Source: Myxococcota bacterium
Lineage (GTDB): Bacteria; Myxococcota_A; UBA9160; UBA4427
Assembly (NCBI GenBank): GCA_050618075.1
Contig: JBNLVL010000013.1
Location: forward strand, 2,963-66,962
DNA: 64,000 nt
Reading direction: 5' to 3'
Position 1 is the first letter of the stretch. Each line of letters begins with the position of its first letter. A program made the position numbers and the translations under genes. Below the pieces are notes generated by a model. It saw nothing but the letters and a program-made list of their open reading frames with translations. It was not told the origin of the DNA and made no database searches. Below, in pieces: positions 51,555-61,013 of the stretch.

Positions 51555-52268
51555 GTGACCGGGTTCCGCTACGCGCAGCTCTGCCCCCTGGCGCGCGCCG
51601 CCGAGATTCTCGGCGAGCGCTGGACCCTGCTGGTGATCCGCGAGCTCTTCTGCGGCCCCCAGCGCTTCAGCGACCTGCGCAGGCGGCTCCCGGGAGTGAG
51701 CACGAGCGTGCTGAGCGAGCGGCTGGCGCGCCTGGAGGAGCGGGAGATCGTCGCGCGGCGCACCCTGCCCGCCCCCGCCGCCTCCCAGATCTACGAGCTG
51801 GCGGAGGCCGGGCGCGCCCTGGCCGAGCCCCTCGGCGCCCTCATGCGCTGGGGCCTGCGCTGGCTGGAGCCCAGGGAGGGAGACCACTTCGAGCCCGAGT
51901 GGTTCGGGCTGGGCCTGCGCTTCTTCGCCCGGCGCGACGCGACCCGTCCCCTGCGCGCCCGGCTCACCCTCGACGCCCTCGCGCCCGAGGATCCGCCCGC
52001 CGTCGACTGGATCTTCGAAGGCGGGCCCGACGGCGTCGCCATCCGGCCGGCGGCCGAGCGGCCGCCGGGCGCGCCGGAGCCCGGCATCGCGGTGGCCGGC
52101 GGAGCGCTGCCCCTCATGGGGTTCGTCAGCGGTCAGCTGCCCGTCCGCGATCTCGTGGCGGCCGGCAGCCTGCGCACCCGCGGCGACATCCAAGCCATCG
52201 AGATGATTCCGGAGCTCTTCGACTTCTCGCCGGACGGCCCGGCGGAGGCCGAGGGCGCCGGAGCCTGA
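51555..52268 (+). CDS. HxlR-family winged-helix regulator with SCP2-like C-terminal domain
   Basis: YAQLCPLARAAEILGERWTLLVIREL..RFSDL..LSERL..YEL. Confidence 0.9.
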   Translation: MTGFRYAQLCPLARAAEILGERWTLLVIRELFCGPQRFSDLRRRLPGVSTSVLSERLARLEEREIVARRTLPAPAASQIYELAEAGRALAEPLGALMRWGLRWLEPREGDHFEPEWFGLGLRFFARRDATRPLRARLTLDALAPEDPPAVDWIFEGGPDGVAIRPAAERPPGAPEPGIAVAGGALPLMGFVSGQLPVRDLVAAGSLRTRGDIQAIEMIPELFDFSPDGPAEAEGAGA

Positions 52269-52328
52269 AGCGCCCAGCCACCATCCAGCGGGCGGACGAC
52301 CGCCCCGAACCCGCCAGAAGGAGCCCCC

Positions 52329-52973
52329 ATGCCCAAGATCCTCGGAGTCGGCCTGTCTCCCTTCGTCCGCAAGACCCGCGTCTTCCTCGCGGAGAAGGGC
52401 GTGGCCTACGACCTGGAGCCGGTCTTCCCCGGCTCACCGGATCCCGAGTACCGCAAGAAGTCGCCGCTGGGGAAGATCCCCTGCTACGAGGAGGAGGACG
52501 GTTTCGTGGTTCCGGACTCGTCGGTCATCTGCGCCTACCTCGAGTCCATCCACCCGAGCCCGGCCCTCTACCCCAGCGACCCGAAGCTGCGGGCGCGGGC
52601 CCAGTGGTACGAGGAGTACGCCGACACGAAGCTCCTCGAGGGCACCATCGTGCCCTTCGTGCAGCGCGTGGTGAACGCGAAGTTCCTGAAGCAGGAGGTC
52701 GACGAGGGCGCCATCCGCAGGATGCTCGAGGAGGTCACGCCCGGGGTCTTCGAGTACCTCGAGGGCGAGATCGGCGACTCCGAGTACCTGGTGGGCGGCC
52801 AGTTCGGCATCGCCGACATCGCGGTGGCGAGCCCCTTCGTGAACATGCAGCACGGCGGCGAGAGCATCGACGCCGGCCGCTTCCCGAAGCTCGCGGCCTA
52901 CGTCGACCGCCTCCACGCGCGGCCGTCGTTCAAGGCGCTGATCGAGGAGGAGAAGGCCGCCATCCCGGGCTGA
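52329..52973 (+). CDS. glutathione S-transferase
   Basis: SPFVRK, SPLGKIP, DSSVICAYLE, FGIADIA. Confidence 0.93.
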   Translation: MPKILGVGLSPFVRKTRVFLAEKGVAYDLEPVFPGSPDPEYRKKSPLGKIPCYEEEDGFVVPDSSVICAYLESIHPSPALYPSDPKLRARAQWYEEYADTKLLEGTIVPFVQRVVNAKFLKQEVDEGAIRRMLEEVTPGVFEYLEGEIGDSEYLVGGQFGIADIAVASPFVNMQHGGESIDAGRFPKLAAYVDRLHARPSFKALIEEEKAAIPG

Positions 52974-52999
52974 GCTCCGCTCCCGGCACGGCTCTGCGC

Positions 53000-53033
53000 G
53001 GGGCGGCGGGATCTCCCGCCGCCCCTTTCGTTT
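53000..53033 (+). terminator. rho-independent terminator
   Basis: GGGGCGGCGGG-ATCT-CCCGCCGCCCC followed by TTTCGTTT. Confidence 0.8.
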
Positions 53034-53089
53034 CCGGCCGGGCGTTTCGGGCTACGCTGCTCCTCGAGCCAAGTCGTCGAGGAGGCGCC

Positions 53090-53722
53090 GTGGAAGTCAC
53101 CCGAGGCCGCGCCCGGGAGCTCCTGCCCCAGGTCGTTCTCACCGTATTGAGCATCATCCAGGCGCTGGCGCTGGAGGTGCTCTGGTCCAGCGTCCACGCG
53201 TCCGAGCACCTGTGGAACGGCGGCTTCGCCGCCTGGCTGGGCTGGCTCCAGGTGTTCGCCGTCTTCCTGGGCCTCCTGGTGATGTGGATCTTCTACCTCA
53301 GCCTGGTGCTGCGCTACCGCTGGACGCCCACGGTGCAAGACAGCGTGGTGCCCTTCCTCCTGGGCGTGCTCGAGTTCAGCCTGGCCGAGATGCTGGCCCC
53401 CGAGCTCCTGCACCTCTGGCTGTATGTCCTGGCCGCGCTCTTCATCGGCGCCAGCGCGACCAGCGTGGTCATCATCCGCAGGGCCATCGCCGACGAGGCC
53501 AACGCCGAGGTGATCGTCGACTTCGACTTGTCGATGCCCACGGCCATCTTCCACGCCGCGACCCTGACCGGAACCCTGGTCGTGGCCGGCGTCGCCGTGC
53601 AGTGGGCCGGGCCGGACGGCTGGGTGGCGCTGGCCGCCGTGCTGGCGGCGATCTCGGTGCTGGCCATCCAGGGCGGCATCATCCGCCACCACTGGAATCG
53701 CGTGCTCCACCGCCGCCAGTGA
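53090..53722 (+). CDS. multi-pass membrane hypothetical protein (about 6 TM)
   Basis: GAGGAGG RBS, GTG; VVLTVLSIIQALALE.. and further hydrophobic segments. Confidence 0.8.
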   Translation: MEVTRGRARELLPQVVLTVLSIIQALALEVLWSSVHASEHLWNGGFAAWLGWLQVFAVFLGLLVMWIFYLSLVLRYRWTPTVQDSVVPFLLGVLEFSLAEMLAPELLHLWLYVLAALFIGASATSVVIIRRAIADEANAEVIVDFDLSMPTAIFHAATLTGTLVVAGVAVQWAGPDGWVALAAVLAAISVLAIQGGIIRHHWNRVLHRRQ

Positions 53723-53760
53723 GCCCGGCCGGGCCCGGGACGGCCGGGCGCGCTCCCCAC

Positions 53761-53808
53761 CGGCGTCGCTCCTCGCCGGCGTCGCTCCTCGCTGGCGTCG
53801 CTCCTCGC
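53761..53808. repeat. 16-bp tandem repeat x3 (CGGCGTCGCTCCTCGC)
   Basis: Read directly, one mismatch. Confidence 0.85.
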
Positions 53809-53901
53809 CCCGCGGGCGCCTGGGGCCGCTGGCCCGGCTCCCGCGATCTGCGACACGTGATCTGCGACACAATAATGGGCCCCCGGCCACATACTGGGGT
53901 C

Positions 53902-56900
53902 ATGAGCCGTCACCACCCCCCGTGCGTCCGCCCCCTCCTCACCGCCCTCGCCCTGGCCGCGCTGCTGGCGGGCGCTGCGCCCGCCGAGGCCCAGCTCGAC
54001 CCCCACGTGGGCGGCCAATGGGGCCCGGTGATCGACTGGCCCCACGTGGCCGTGTCCATGGCGAACCTGCCCGACGGCCGGGTGCTGACCTTCTCCTCGA
54101 ACGAGCGGGACCGCTTTCCCCAGGGCCCCGAGTTCTCCTACGCCGCGGTCTTCGACCCCTCGGACGGAAGCTTCGTGGAGATCCCCCACCCGGCCCACGA
54201 CATGTTCTGCGCCTCGCTGGTGATGCTCGAGGACGGCCACGTGTTCGTGAGCGGCGGTCGCAACCAGGCGGACAGTCCCTGGACCAGCCTGTTCGACTTC
54301 CGCACCGACAGCTGGATCCCCATCGAGGACATGAACCGCGGCCGCTGGTACCCGACCAGCGTGGCGCTGCCCACGGGCCAGGTGTTCATCGCCGTGGGCA
54401 TCGGCGGCGAGCAGCACCCGGAGATCTGGACGCCGGGCCAGGGCTGGCAGCTGCTCACCGGCATCGACCTCACGGGGCCCATCCTCGACTACGGGTCCCG
54501 GGACGGTGGGAGGATGTGGCCGCTGATCCAGCTCGATCCCGACGGCACCCTGGTCCACCACGGCGCGACCGAGATCATGCACCGCATGACGCCCACCGGC
54601 CTGGGCCAGATCGAGGTGCTCGGCCCCCACGGAGCGGACTGGTTCCCGGACGAGGGCACGTCGGTGATGTACGAGCCGGGCAAGATCCTGGTCTCCGGCG
54701 GCTCCATCGCCATCAACGACAGCACCAGCAGCAACAAGGCCATGGTCATCGACGTGAACGGGCCCGGGCCGGTGGTGACCCCGATCGCACCGATGAACTC
54801 GGCGCGCCAGTTCCACAACGAGATCATGCTGCCCAACGGCGACGTGCTGATGGTGGGCGGCAACACCAACGGCGTGAAGTTCAACGACGACGCGCCGGTC
54901 TTCGCCCCCGAAGTCTGGCGGCCCGCGACCGGCGCCTGGACCTCCTACAACCCCCAGCAGATCCCGCGCACCTACCACTCGACCGCAGTGCTGCTGACCG
55001 ACGGCACCGTTCTCTCGGCCGGCGGCGGCCTCTCGGGCAACTCGGCGGTGAACCACTGGGACGGCGAGATCTTCTCCCCGCCCTACCTGTTCGACTCCAA
55101 CGATCAGCCGGCCGTGCGACCGGTCATCACCGGCGGCCCCGACGTGATCCGCGTCGGCCGGACCTTCGACCTCCAGGCCACGGCCGGCATGGACCGCTTC
55201 ACCCTGGTGAAGATGTCGGCCACGACCCACACCATGAACACCGACCAGCGCTTCCTCGAGGTCGCGTTCGGCGAGGGCGCGCCGGGCGAGTACTCGCTCA
55301 GCCTGGAGTCCAACGAGAACGTGCTGACTCCGGGCTTCTGGATGCTCTTCGCCCTCGACGCCGGCGGCGTGCCCAGCGTCTCGAAGGTGGTGCAGATCGT
55401 GACCTCGGGGACGCCGCGGGCCACGGCGCCGGCCGATCCCCGGCACACCGTGGGCGAGACCGTCTCGCTCACCCTCGAGGCCGGCGACCCCGACGGCGAC
55501 GCCCTCACCTTCGCCGCCACCGGTCTGCCCGACGGACTCTCCCTCGACCCGGCCACCGGCGAGATCTCGGGCACGCCGACCCGGAGCGGCATCTACACCG
55601 TCGCGGTGGTGGTGGACGACGGCTCCGACGCGGTGGGCATCGGCTTCCGCTGGTTCGTGGCGGCGCCGGCCATCCACAGCGAGGTGGGCCATATCGACAT
55701 CGCCCAGAGCGGCCCCGACCCGTGGCACCCGGTCTCGTTCCAGAACCTCTACATCGACCCGGTGGTGGTGGTGGGCCCGCCCACCCATCACGACTCGGCG
55801 CCCACCACGGTGCGGGTGCGCAACGTGACGCCCGAGGGCTTCGAGGTGCAGCTCGACGAGTGGGACTACCAGGACGGCGCCCACGGCTCCGAGACCCTGG
55901 CCTACCTCGTGGTCGAGGCGGGAGCCCAGATCGTCGACGGCAGCCAGGCGCTGGTCGCGGGCATGAGCGAAGGAGTCAGCGAGGCCTGGACGACCCAGCC
56001 CCTGCCCGCCGGCGCCTTCACGGCACCCCCGATCGTGCTCACCCAGATCGTCACGGCCGGTCACTGGGAGGCCTCGGCCACCCGGCTGCAGAACGTAGGC
56101 ACGGAGTCGTTCGAGGTGCGCCTCCAGCAGCAGGAGCAGGGCGACGGCCTGGTGGGCTCCGAGCGGGTCCACTGGGTGGCCCTCGAGCCCGGCGCGCTGG
56201 CCGGCGGCCTCCAGGCCGACCTCACCCCCGCGCTCTCGGTGGGCGAGACGCCGGACGCGATCTCCTTCTCCCCGTCCTTCAGCGGGGCTCCGCGCTTCCT
56301 GGCCCGCGCCCAGACCTTCTTCGGCGGCGACACGATGACGCTGCGCCACCAGAACCTCGGCGCCTCGGGCGTCGAGGTCTGGGTCGACGAGGAGACCTCG
56401 AAGGACTCGGAGCAGAACCACGGCAACAACGAGACCGTGGGCTGGCTGGCCATCGATCCGTCGCTGGACGAGCTCTCGCTGGTGGCGCTGTTCAACGCCG
56501 ATCCCAGCATCGAGGACCCCGGCGCCCAGGCGGGCGTCGAGGGCGAAGACGTCGCGCTGGTGTTCCAGGTGGACGACCCCGACGGCGATCCGGTCAGCTT
56601 CCAGGCCACCGGCCTGCCGCCCGGCCTCGTCCTCGACCCGGTGCTCGGCCGCATCGAGGGCCAGCTGGGCTCGGCGGGGACGTTCGACGTGACCGCCACC
56701 GTGACCGACGCCCGGGGCGCCAGCGCCCAGGTGGGCTTCCAGTGGACGGTGCTCGAGCAGCTCGAGCTCGCGCTCGTGGCCAGCCCGCCCCGGGTGGCCG
56801 GAGCGGACGTCGACTTCACGGCCTCGCCCAACATCGGCGACCCGCTGGAGTACGTCTGGGACTTCGGCGACGGCACGCCTCCCACGGACCCGTCCGGGTC

Positions 56901-59010
56901 GATCTCGACGAGCCACAGCTTCGCCGGCCCCGGCCGCTACGTGGTGACGCTCACGGCCACCGAACCGAGCACGGGCATGCAGGACACCCTGCAGTTCGTG
57001 CAGGTGGTGCACGCGCAGGCGGCGGCGCTGCCGGCCGCCCGCTCGACCTCCATCGCCTACGAGGCGGGGGCCGACCGCGTGTGGGTCGCCAACCCGGACA
57101 ACGACAGCGTGAGCGTGTTCGACGCCCTGTCCGACCTCGAGCTGGCGGAGATCCCGGTGGGCGACGGTCCGCGCAGCGTGGCCTTCGCACCCGATGGTCA
57201 GGTCTGGGTGACCAACAAGGATTCGGCGACGATCAGCCGCATCGACCCGGCGGGCCTGGAGGTGGACTCGACCCTGGAGCTGCCGGGGGCGTCGCGGCCC
57301 CACGGCCTGGTCTTCTCGCCCGACGGCGCGGCCGCCTTCGTGGCGCTCGAGGCCCTCGGCGAGGTCCACAAGCTCCACCCGACCAGCGGCGCGCTGCTGG
57401 GCAGCGCCGGCGTGGGAGCCTACCCGCGCCACCTCGCGGTGACGCCCGATGCAGCCACCCTGCTGGTGTCGCGCTACATCACCCCGCCCCAGCCCGGCGA
57501 GTCCACGGACAGCCCGCAGACGCAGATCCTGGGCGCGCCGGTGGGCGGCGAGGTGGTCCCGGTCGACACCGCCAGCCTGGCCGTGGCGGCCCCGCTCGTG
57601 CTCGCCCACAGCGAGGCCCCGCTCACCGAGCAGTCGGGCCCCGGCGTCCCGAACTTCCTGGGCGCGGCGGCCGTCTCCCCCGACGGCGCCACGGCCTTCG
57701 TGCCCTCCAAGCAGGACAACATCCTGGGCGGCCGGGCGCGCGACGGCATCGACCTCGACCACGACTCCACGGTGCGCGCCATCGTCTCGAAGATCGACCT
57801 CGCGACGGGGACCGAGGACCTCCTGGCCCGGGTCGACCACGACAACGCGAGCATCAGCTCCGCCTCCGCCTTCAGCCGCACGGGCGCGTATCTCTTCACC
57901 GCCCTGGAAGGCAACCGCGCGGTGGCCATCGTCGATCCCTACGGCGGCGCCGAGCTGGGCCGCTTCGGCGCGGGCCGCGCGCCCCAGGGCCTGGCGCTCT
58001 CGCCCGACGGCCGCACCCTCTACGTGCACAACTTCATGGACCGCACGGTGACGGTCCACGACCTCTCGGGGCTGCTCGACTTCGACGTGGCGCTGGCGCC
58101 CATCGACGCCACCTGGGATCTGGTGGCCAACGAGGCGCTGCCCGCGAACGTGCTCAACGGCAAGCAGCTCTTCTACGACGCCTTCGACACCCGGCTCTCC
58201 CTCGAGAGCTACATGGCCTGCGCCGCCTGCCACAACGACGGTGGCCACGACGGACGCACCTGGGACTTCACCCAGTTCGGCGAGGGTCTGCGCAACACCA
58301 TCGAGCTCACGGGCCACGGCGACCACGGGCCGCTGCACTGGACCGCCAACTTCGACGAGATCCAGGACTTCGAGGGACAGATCCGCTTCTTCGGGGGCAC
58401 CGGCCTGATGAGCGACGCCGACTTCTTCGAAGGCACCCGCTCGGACCCCCTGGGCGACCCGAAGGCGGGCCTGAGCGGCGATCTCGACGACCTCGCCGCC
58501 TACGTGGAGTCCCTCGACACCGCGCACCCGAGCCCCCACCGCGAGAGCGACGGCGCGCTCACGGCCGACGGCCTGGACGGACGGACCATCTTCATCCTGG
58601 AGGGCTGCGGCGACTGCCACGGCGGAGCCGCCTTCAGCGACAGCCCCGACGGCGGCCTGCACGACGTGGGCACCCTCACCTCGACCAGCGGACCGCAGAC
58701 CGCGCTCGACACCCCGACCCTGCGCGGACTGTGGGGCTCGGCGCCCTACCTCCACGACGGATCGGCGGACACCCTCGAGGACGCGATCGCGGCCCACGAG
58801 GGCGTCGACCTGTCGCCGGCCGCGCTGGCCCTGCTGGCGAGCTACCTGGACCAGGTCGACGGCAGCGAGTCGAGCGCGCCGCTGATGGGCACGGCCTGCG
58901 GCCTGGGATTCGAGGTCGGGCTGGCCCTGCCGGTCCTCGTCGCCTGGCGCCTGCGGCGGCGACGGGGGCGCGGGCGGCGCCCCGAGCCGGGAGCGGCCCC
59001 CGAGCGCTGA
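53902..59010 (+). CDS. large surface protein: galactose-oxidase-like copper radical oxidase, Ig/PKD, lectin-like repeats, YVTN beta-propeller, diheme cytochrome c domain, C-terminal anchor
   Basis: HDMFC, RWYP, RTYHS, TTHT; ATGLPDGLSLD Ig repeats; WDFGDG PKD; VWVANPDNDSVSV; CAACH and CGDCH; PTLRGLWGSAPYLHDGS; CGLGFE-TM-RRRR. Confidence 0.9.
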   Translation: MSRHHPPCVRPLLTALALAALLAGAAPAEAQLDPHVGGQWGPVIDWPHVAVSMANLPDGRVLTFSSNERDRFPQGPEFSYAAVFDPSDGSFVEIPHPAHDMFCASLVMLEDGHVFVSGGRNQADSPWTSLFDFRTDSWIPIEDMNRGRWYPTSVALPTGQVFIAVGIGGEQHPEIWTPGQGWQLLTGIDLTGPILDYGSRDGGRMWPLIQLDPDGTLVHHGATEIMHRMTPTGLGQIEVLGPHGADWFPDEGTSVMYEPGKILVSGGSIAINDSTSSNKAMVIDVNGPGPVVTPIAPMNSARQFHNEIMLPNGDVLMVGGNTNGVKFNDDAPVFAPEVWRPATGAWTSYNPQQIPRTYHSTAVLLTDGTVLSAGGGLSGNSAVNHWDGEIFSPPYLFDSNDQPAVRPVITGGPDVIRVGRTFDLQATAGMDRFTLVKMSATTHTMNTDQRFLEVAFGEGAPGEYSLSLESNENVLTPGFWMLFALDAGGVPSVSKVVQIVTSGTPRATAPADPRHTVGETVSLTLEAGDPDGDALTFAATGLPDGLSLDPATGEISGTPTRSGIYTVAVVVDDGSDAVGIGFRWFVAAPAIHSEVGHIDIAQSGPDPWHPVSFQNLYIDPVVVVGPPTHHDSAPTTVRVRNVTPEGFEVQLDEWDYQDGAHGSETLAYLVVEAGAQIVDGSQALVAGMSEGVSEAWTTQPLPAGAFTAPPIVLTQIVTAGHWEASATRLQNVGTESFEVRLQQQEQGDGLVGSERVHWVALEPGALAGGLQADLTPALSVGETPDAISFSPSFSGAPRFLARAQTFFGGDTMTLRHQNLGASGVEVWVDEETSKDSEQNHGNNETVGWLAIDPSLDELSLVALFNADPSIEDPGAQAGVEGEDVALVFQVDDPDGDPVSFQATGLPPGLVLDPVLGRIEGQLGSAGTFDVTATVTDARGASAQVGFQWTVLEQLELALVASPPRVAGADVDFTASPNIGDPLEYVWDFGDGTPPTDPSGSISTSHSFAGPGRYVVTLTATEPSTGMQDTLQFVQVVHAQAAALPAARSTSIAYEAGADRVWVANPDNDSVSVFDALSDLELAEIPVGDGPRSVAFAPDGQVWVTNKDSATISRIDPAGLEVDSTLELPGASRPHGLVFSPDGAAAFVALEALGEVHKLHPTSGALLGSAGVGAYPRHLAVTPDAATLLVSRYITPPQPGESTDSPQTQILGAPVGGEVVPVDTASLAVAAPLVLAHSEAPLTEQSGPGVPNFLGAAAVSPDGATAFVPSKQDNILGGRARDGIDLDHDSTVRAIVSKIDLATGTEDLLARVDHDNASISSASAFSRTGAYLFTALEGNRAVAIVDPYGGAELGRFGAGRAPQGLALSPDGRTLYVHNFMDRTVTVHDLSGLLDFDVALAPIDATWDLVANEALPANVLNGKQLFYDAFDTRLSLESYMACAACHNDGGHDGRTWDFTQFGEGLRNTIELTGHGDHGPLHWTANFDEIQDFEGQIRFFGGTGLMSDADFFEGTRSDPLGDPKAGLSGDLDDLAAYVESLDTAHPSPHRESDGALTADGLDGRTIFILEGCGDCHGGAAFSDSPDGGLHDVGTLTSTSGPQTALDTPTLRGLWGSAPYLHDGSADTLEDAIAAHEGVDLSPAALALLASYLDQVDGSESSAPLMGTACGLGFEVGLALPVLVAWRLRRRRGRGRRPEPGAAPER

Positions 59011-59085
59011 TCCCGCTGGCGTTGCCGGCCCGGGAGGCACCCGCGACATCCCGGGCCGGGGATCGACCGGACGCGGGGACGCGGG

Positions 59086-60300
59086 TCAGGGCGCCGCGAC
59101 CAGCGGCAGCGTCTCGAGGCTGCGGAAGCTGGGCACCGCCGCGTAGCGGTGCGCGCCGGCCCCGCGCTCGAGCCGGGCGAAGCGGCGCAGCAGGGCGGCG
59201 ATCGCTTCCTGGGCCTCGAGCCGCGCCAGGTGGGCCCCGAGGCAGAAGTGGCGCCCTCCCCCGAACGCCTGGTGCTGGATGCCCTGGCGCGTGATGTCGA
59301 AGCGGTCGGGGTCGGGGTGGACCTCCGGATCGCGGTTGGCCGCCGCCAGCGAGACCGAGAGCGACTCGCCCCGCCCGATCTCGAGACCCCCGATCTCCAT
59401 GTCCCGGTGGGCGATCCGACCCGAGTTGGTGACGGGCGAGTCGAAGCGCAGCATCTCCTCGACGGCGCCGGGGAGGAGCTCCGGCCGGCCGCGCAGGAGC
59501 GCCAGCTGCTCGGGGTGGTCCACGAGCGCCTTCACTCCGTTGCCGATGAGGTCGCTCGTGGTCACGTTGCCGGCGATCAGCAGCAGGTCGCACTGACTCA
59601 CGATCTCGTCCCGGGCGAGGCGATCGCCCGCGACCTCGGCGGCGACCATGGAGCTGATGAGGTCGTCTCCGGGCCGGGCGCGGCGGGCTTCGATCTCGTC
59701 GTGGAAGAACGCCTCGAGCCCGGCCCGCGCGGCCGCCGCGGCCTCCTTCTCCTCGGGCTTCGGGAACGGGTTGAAGGCCACCTTGACCGAGGTGTCGGAC
59801 CAGGCCTTGAAGCGATCGTGCATGGCCGGATCGATGCCGAGCAGCTCGGCGATCACGACGGTGGGCAGGGGGCCCGCCAGCCGCTCCATCAGGTCGAGCT
59901 CCCCGGCGTCGATCTCCCCGACCAGCCGCTCGGCCAGCTCGCGGACCCGGGGCCGCCAGGCCTCGACCGCGCGCGGCGCGAACGGTCTCCGCACCAGCTC
60001 GCGCAGCCTCCGGTGACCCGGATCGTCCATGAGGAGCATGCTGGGCTCCTCGTCGCCCTGGCTCAGGTACTCGCGCGTGAAGCTTCCGGGGTTGCCCTTC
60101 CGGGGGTCGGTCCACAGGTCGGGGTCGCGCAGGATGGACTGGACGTCCGCGTGGCGCGTGAAGACGATGCGGTCGAGGACGCGATCGCGGTGCACCGGCT
60201 CGCGGCGGCGCAGCTCGGCGAGGATGGGGTAGGGATCTTCCCGGAACCGTTCGTCGAGGGCGGTGAGCTCGAGGCCGGTGGGCAGGTCGCTCTGGCTCAT
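59086..60300 (-). CDS. cytochrome P450
   Basis: AGNVTT I-helix, EEMLR (ExxR), FGGGRHFCLG. Confidence 0.95.
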   Translation of the reverse strand: MSQSDLPTGLELTALDERFREDPYPILAELRRREPVHRDRVLDRIVFTRHADVQSILRDPDLWTDPRKGNPGSFTREYLSQGDEEPSMLLMDDPGHRRLRELVRRPFAPRAVEAWRPRVRELAERLVGEIDAGELDLMERLAGPLPTVVIAELLGIDPAMHDRFKAWSDTSVKVAFNPFPKPEEKEAAAAARAGLEAFFHDEIEARRARPGDDLISSMVAAEVAGDRLARDEIVSQCDLLLIAGNVTTSDLIGNGVKALVDHPEQLALLRGRPELLPGAVEEMLRFDSPVTNSGRIAHRDMEIGGLEIGRGESLSVSLAAANRDPEVHPDPDRFDITRQGIQHQAFGGGRHFCLGAHLARLEAQEAIAALLRRFARLERGAGAHRYAAVPSFRSLETLPLVAAP

Positions 60301-60437
60301 GACTGCGGCCCTCCGTCCGGTCCAGGTCGGCGGGGGAGCATAGCTGTGTGGGCAGGAGGACCGCGAGGCGCGGTCCGGAGCGGCGGGCGGAGGCGGCCGA
60401 AAGGAGCCGCAGGCCCGAGCGGTGGGGAGGTGCGGCA

Positions 60438-60502
60438 GAGCGGAGCGGCAGGCGGGAGCGGAGCGGCAGGCGGGAGCGGCCCGGCAGGCGGGAGCGGCCC
60501 GG
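60438..60502. repeat. 18-bp tandem repeat, about 3.6 units (GAGCGGAGCGGCAGGCGG)
   Basis: Read directly, just beyond the stop at 60511. Confidence 0.8.
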
Positions 60503-60510
60503 AGCTCGGA

Positions 60511-60786
60511 TCAGGACCCGGCGGCGGGCCCCATGCTCGCGCGCATGCGCCGGAAGCTCTGGACCGAGGAATCGACGCGCGGCGCGGCCTCACCGAAGCG
60601 CTCGGCCACCTGCTGCACCCGGACCGGGGCGGTGCGCCGGGGAGCGGGCTCGGCGGAGACGGGCGCCGTCTCGACCCCCTCGAGCTGGGTCCGGGCCGCC
60701 TCGGCCGACATCCACTCGAGGGATCCGACGACGACGGCGGCGGCGATTGCGAGAGTCCCCATGCCCATGACGAGTCTCTTCTGCAT
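60511..60786 (-). CDS. small secreted/membrane-anchored protein (91 aa)
   Basis: GAAGGAA RBS; MQKRLVMGMGTLAIAAAVVVG; preceded by a sigma-54 promoter. Confidence 0.7.
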   Translation of the reverse strand: MQKRLVMGMGTLAIAAAVVVGSLEWMSAEAARTQLEGVETAPVSAEPAPRRTAPVRVQQVAERFGEAAPRVDSSVQSFRRMRASMGPAAGS

Positions 60787-60836
60787 GGTGTGTTCCTTCG
60801 TGGCTTTCGTGATCGGGCTCACGCATGGGGAACATC

Positions 60837-60851
60837 GCAACACCCGTGCCA
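60837..60851 (-). promoter_or_regulatory. sigma-54 (-24/-12) promoter
   Basis: Minus strand TGGCACG-GGTG-TTGC, full match to TGGCACG-N4-TTGC, 50 nt upstream of ATG 60786. Confidence 0.8.
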
Positions 60852-61013
60852 CAGGCAGCGGGCGTGCAGGAGGCTCCGCAAGTCCAGCGATCCGGTCTCA
60901 CCGGCTACGCAGCGTGCTGCGGATGAGGCCTTCTGCTTGCCCGGGAAGGGCGGCGGCCGTCCACTCGAAGCACACCGAAGTGTCGGTCTGGGGACGGCCG
61001 GCCTCGGGATGGC

